Below are positions 61,610 through 64,000 of a DNA stretch of 64,000 bases, in pieces. The notes under the pieces were generated by a model. That model saw only the letters and a list, made by a program, of their open reading frames with translations. It was not told the origin of the DNA and did no database searches. Source of the DNA: Antechinus flavipes (Eukaryota). The stretch is from the NCBI RefSeq assembly GCF_016432865.1, contig NC_067403.1, positions 245,210,001-245,274,000 on the forward strand, written 5' to 3'. Each line of letters begins with the position of its first letter. The first letter of the stretch is position 1. The translations under genes and the position numbers were made by a program.

Positions 61610-62565
61610 ATGCCAAAGAAAAATCTCACAAATGTGAAGGAATTCATTCTCCTGGGATTTTCTAATTTACCCAATCTCCAAGGATTTCTATTTGGGATAT
61701 TCTCTGTCATCTACATAAGTATACTGTTAGGTATACTTATGTATACTCCTATATGTATACTCCAAAAAGTATACTCCTTTTTGTAATCAAGATTGATCAA
61801 GCTCTTCATACCCCTATGTATTTTTTCTTAGGGAACTTTTCCTTTTTGGAAATATGTTACACATCAGTCACTTTGCCCAGAATGTTGGCAGATCTCTGGA
61901 CCCAGAAGAGAACAATTTCCTTCCTGGCCTGTGCTGTGCAAGCATTTTCTCTTTATATTTGTGGAGGTGCTGAGTGCCTTCTCCTGACTGTGATGGCTTA
62001 TGACCGTTATGTGGCAATCACTATGCCTCTCTATTATACTCTCATCATGAATCACAAAGTATGTGTCCAATTGGTTGTGGCTTCCTGGCTAACTGGGGTT
62101 CCAATTATGATTGGTCAGACATATCAGATTTTTTCCATGAACTTCTGTGGTCCTAATAAAATCAATCATGTTTTCTGTGATGCCCCCCCTTTATTCCCAT
62201 TAGCATGTACAAACACATATAACATAGAGGTTTCTGTCCATGTTGTGGCTCTACTCTTTGTCACAATTCCCTTTGTTTTGATACTTGCTTCCTATATCAA
62301 AATCATAACTACAATAATGAAATTGCCCTCCACCTCAGGGAGATCCAAAGCCTTCTCTACTTGTTCTTCTCACTTAATGGTTGTGTGCTTTTTCTATGGG
62401 TCTGGAAGTATTGTGTATTTGCAGCCAAAATCGAGTCAATCATCAGCATCTAGCAAAGTACTTGCTCTTTTCTACACTATTGTCACCCCAATGTTTAACC
62501 CCCTAATCTACAGTCTGAGAAATAAGGATGTCATTGCTGCACTGGGAAAACTACTTCCTAAATGA
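61610..62565 (+). pseudogene. OR10AG-like gene 7, frameshifted in TM1 (net +32 bp), otherwise intact
   Basis: ATG 61610 (MPKKNLTNV) reaches TAA 61784-61786; 956 bp = 924 + 32; downstream frame open to the normal stop. Confidence 0.9.
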
Positions 62566-63059
62566 ATCTAGTGTATGCTATTAGTCAAATCCAAGAGGAT
62601 TAGTATTCTCATCTACTGTACTTCCTATTTTAAAAAAAAATACTTCAGATTATTTTTTCCATTGCACTGGGATGCAATGGAATTGCACTAAAATGAGAAT
62701 CTATCAAGAGATTCTATATGAAAATAGAAAACAGCAGCCCAAATTTCCATCTTCCTTAGTTCAATCGTGACTGAAATTAAAACCTTTATTGTTTACTAAA
62801 TAATGACAATGATCCATAAATACTTTGAGTGCAATTTTACTATGCTTTCTACTACTACCTTAGTAACATGGGGGAAAAAAAGACTTTTTTTCTTAAAAAT
62901 ATCAATTTCATTGTGTATGTGTTTAAGAGACAGACAGCAAGGAGAAAAGAGAGAAAGAGAGACATAGCCAAAGAGAAGACGAGTAAAACAGACAGAAACA
63001 GAGATCAGAGATGCAGACAGAGACAGAAATAGAAAGAAATAGAGAGAAATATTATCCCT

Positions 63060-64000
63060 ACACATAGGCAGGGAAAGAGACAATTGAAGGGGATAGAATA
63101 AAAACAGAGAAACTGTGTAGAAAACCACAGATAGTGGGGAACCCTTAGTGAGTTAAAAGACTCCTTTATTCTAGTAAGGGACACTGCTAACCAGTCTGGT
63201 TTGGTTCCCCATCTCAGCTTTCCTGAGAAGTCAAGAGTATGACAGCCTGTATAATTAAAACAGAGTGATACCAAGTGGCAAAGAGACATCTGAACACTAT
63301 AGCTAGTTGTGGTCCCACATGTGCAGTACTCTATAGTAATGTATGGGTATTAGGATATATGTGGATTTTTTTTTTTGAATAAATGGACTCCTTTTTGACC
63401 ATCTTCATGAATTCTGCCTCATCACTCAATGGAGGAGATATAGAAGACAATAATTATTTTTTATACCTTCCTTCTGGGGCTCATGGAAGTTTTTTATATC
63501 ATCTTGTTTCCTCATATTACTTATTATATTACTACTTGCCTGTGTGACTCTTCCTTGCTGAAACTTGTTATCCACCATTTTATGGATTTAACCACTGATA
63601 TATACCTTCTTCAATTAACACAAAAAGAAAGGGAGAGATGTAGAGAACCACAGATAGAGGGAAGCCTGGATGAAGTATAAGGCCCTTTAGTCCAGTAAGA
63701 AACTCCTGGCCGTGTTTGGCTTGGCTTCCCATTCCCTCTGAGGCATCTTGGCCTTCCTGAGAATTCAGAGGGCATGACAATATGTGTTGTACTTGAAGCA
63801 GAGTTATACAAAATGACAAGGAAACTATGAACAAAATAGCAAATGTGATTTAGCATGCACAGTATCCTACAGTTAGCACATGAGCAGTGTGCTATAGTAT
63901 AGTATGTAAGGTAAGTGTCAAACGTGATCATATGGTATATAAGGCTGATGATTTTTTTTTTAAATAAAGGGACTCCTGCTTGGCCATCATCCTGACTTTT
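63060..64000 (+). mobile_element. Paralogous copy of the ERV LTR pair (about 63060-63425 and 63620-64000) with only about 200 bp between them
   Basis: Homologous to 52760-53165 and 54560-54850 (gggcatgacaa..acttgaagcagagtta..aaatgacaaggaaa; ggtatataaggctg; aataaa). Confidence 0.65.

Larger units (their letters stand above)
46300..64000 (+). repeat. Tandem segmental duplication: unit A about 46300-54850 and unit B about 56290-64000+ (offset about 10 kb)
   Basis: Collinear non-coding homology by eye, e.g. 46380/56330, 47230/57170, 47706/57647, 49140/59140, 51357/61610, 52430/62730. Confidence 0.9.

Noticed and set aside
61753-62565. 270-aa ORF as an intact receptor
   Set aside because: Its start lies inside the insertion; it lacks the N-terminus, the sequon and most of TM1. 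A 39-nt GT..AG excision (61731-61769) is too short for an intron and would not restore the frame.

Overview
AT-rich mammalian genomic DNA, most likely a marsupial (dasyurid-like, judged from MAR1/WSINE-type SINEs, marsupial L1 3' ends and L1 ORF2 ending ...LYEDIF*), with two N-gaps. The window is a tandem cluster of family-10 olfactory receptor genes resembling OR10AG1. Four ORFs are intact at 307 aa (3871+, 19626+, 33863-, 51357+). Three are pseudogenes: 5818-7137 (L1/SINE-interrupted), 43599-44176 (about 350-bp internal deletion) and 61610-62565 (+32 bp GTATACT-repeat frameshift). The cluster grew by inverted and tandem duplication of roughly 5-10 kb units. These units carry a conserved homeodomain + O/E-like promoter block and a small 5' exon. 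Intergenic DNA is filled with L1, L3/CR1, SINE and class II (beta-like) ERV sequence. The most unusual observations are: (i) two head-to-head LTRs of one family whose 6-bp target-site duplications lie beyond the canonical LTR end, one carrying a perfect tRNA-Lys3 primer-binding site; (ii) a candidate upstream coding exon (MDNST...) that would splice in frame onto the first OR; (iii) a serial, apparently self-templated GTATACT insertion that inactivated an otherwise intact OR; (iv) loss of the conserved MAYDRYVAIC cysteine in one OR clade. All alignments were done by eye. Repeat boundaries are approximate unless a TSD is quoted, and repeat family names come from recall, not a database search.
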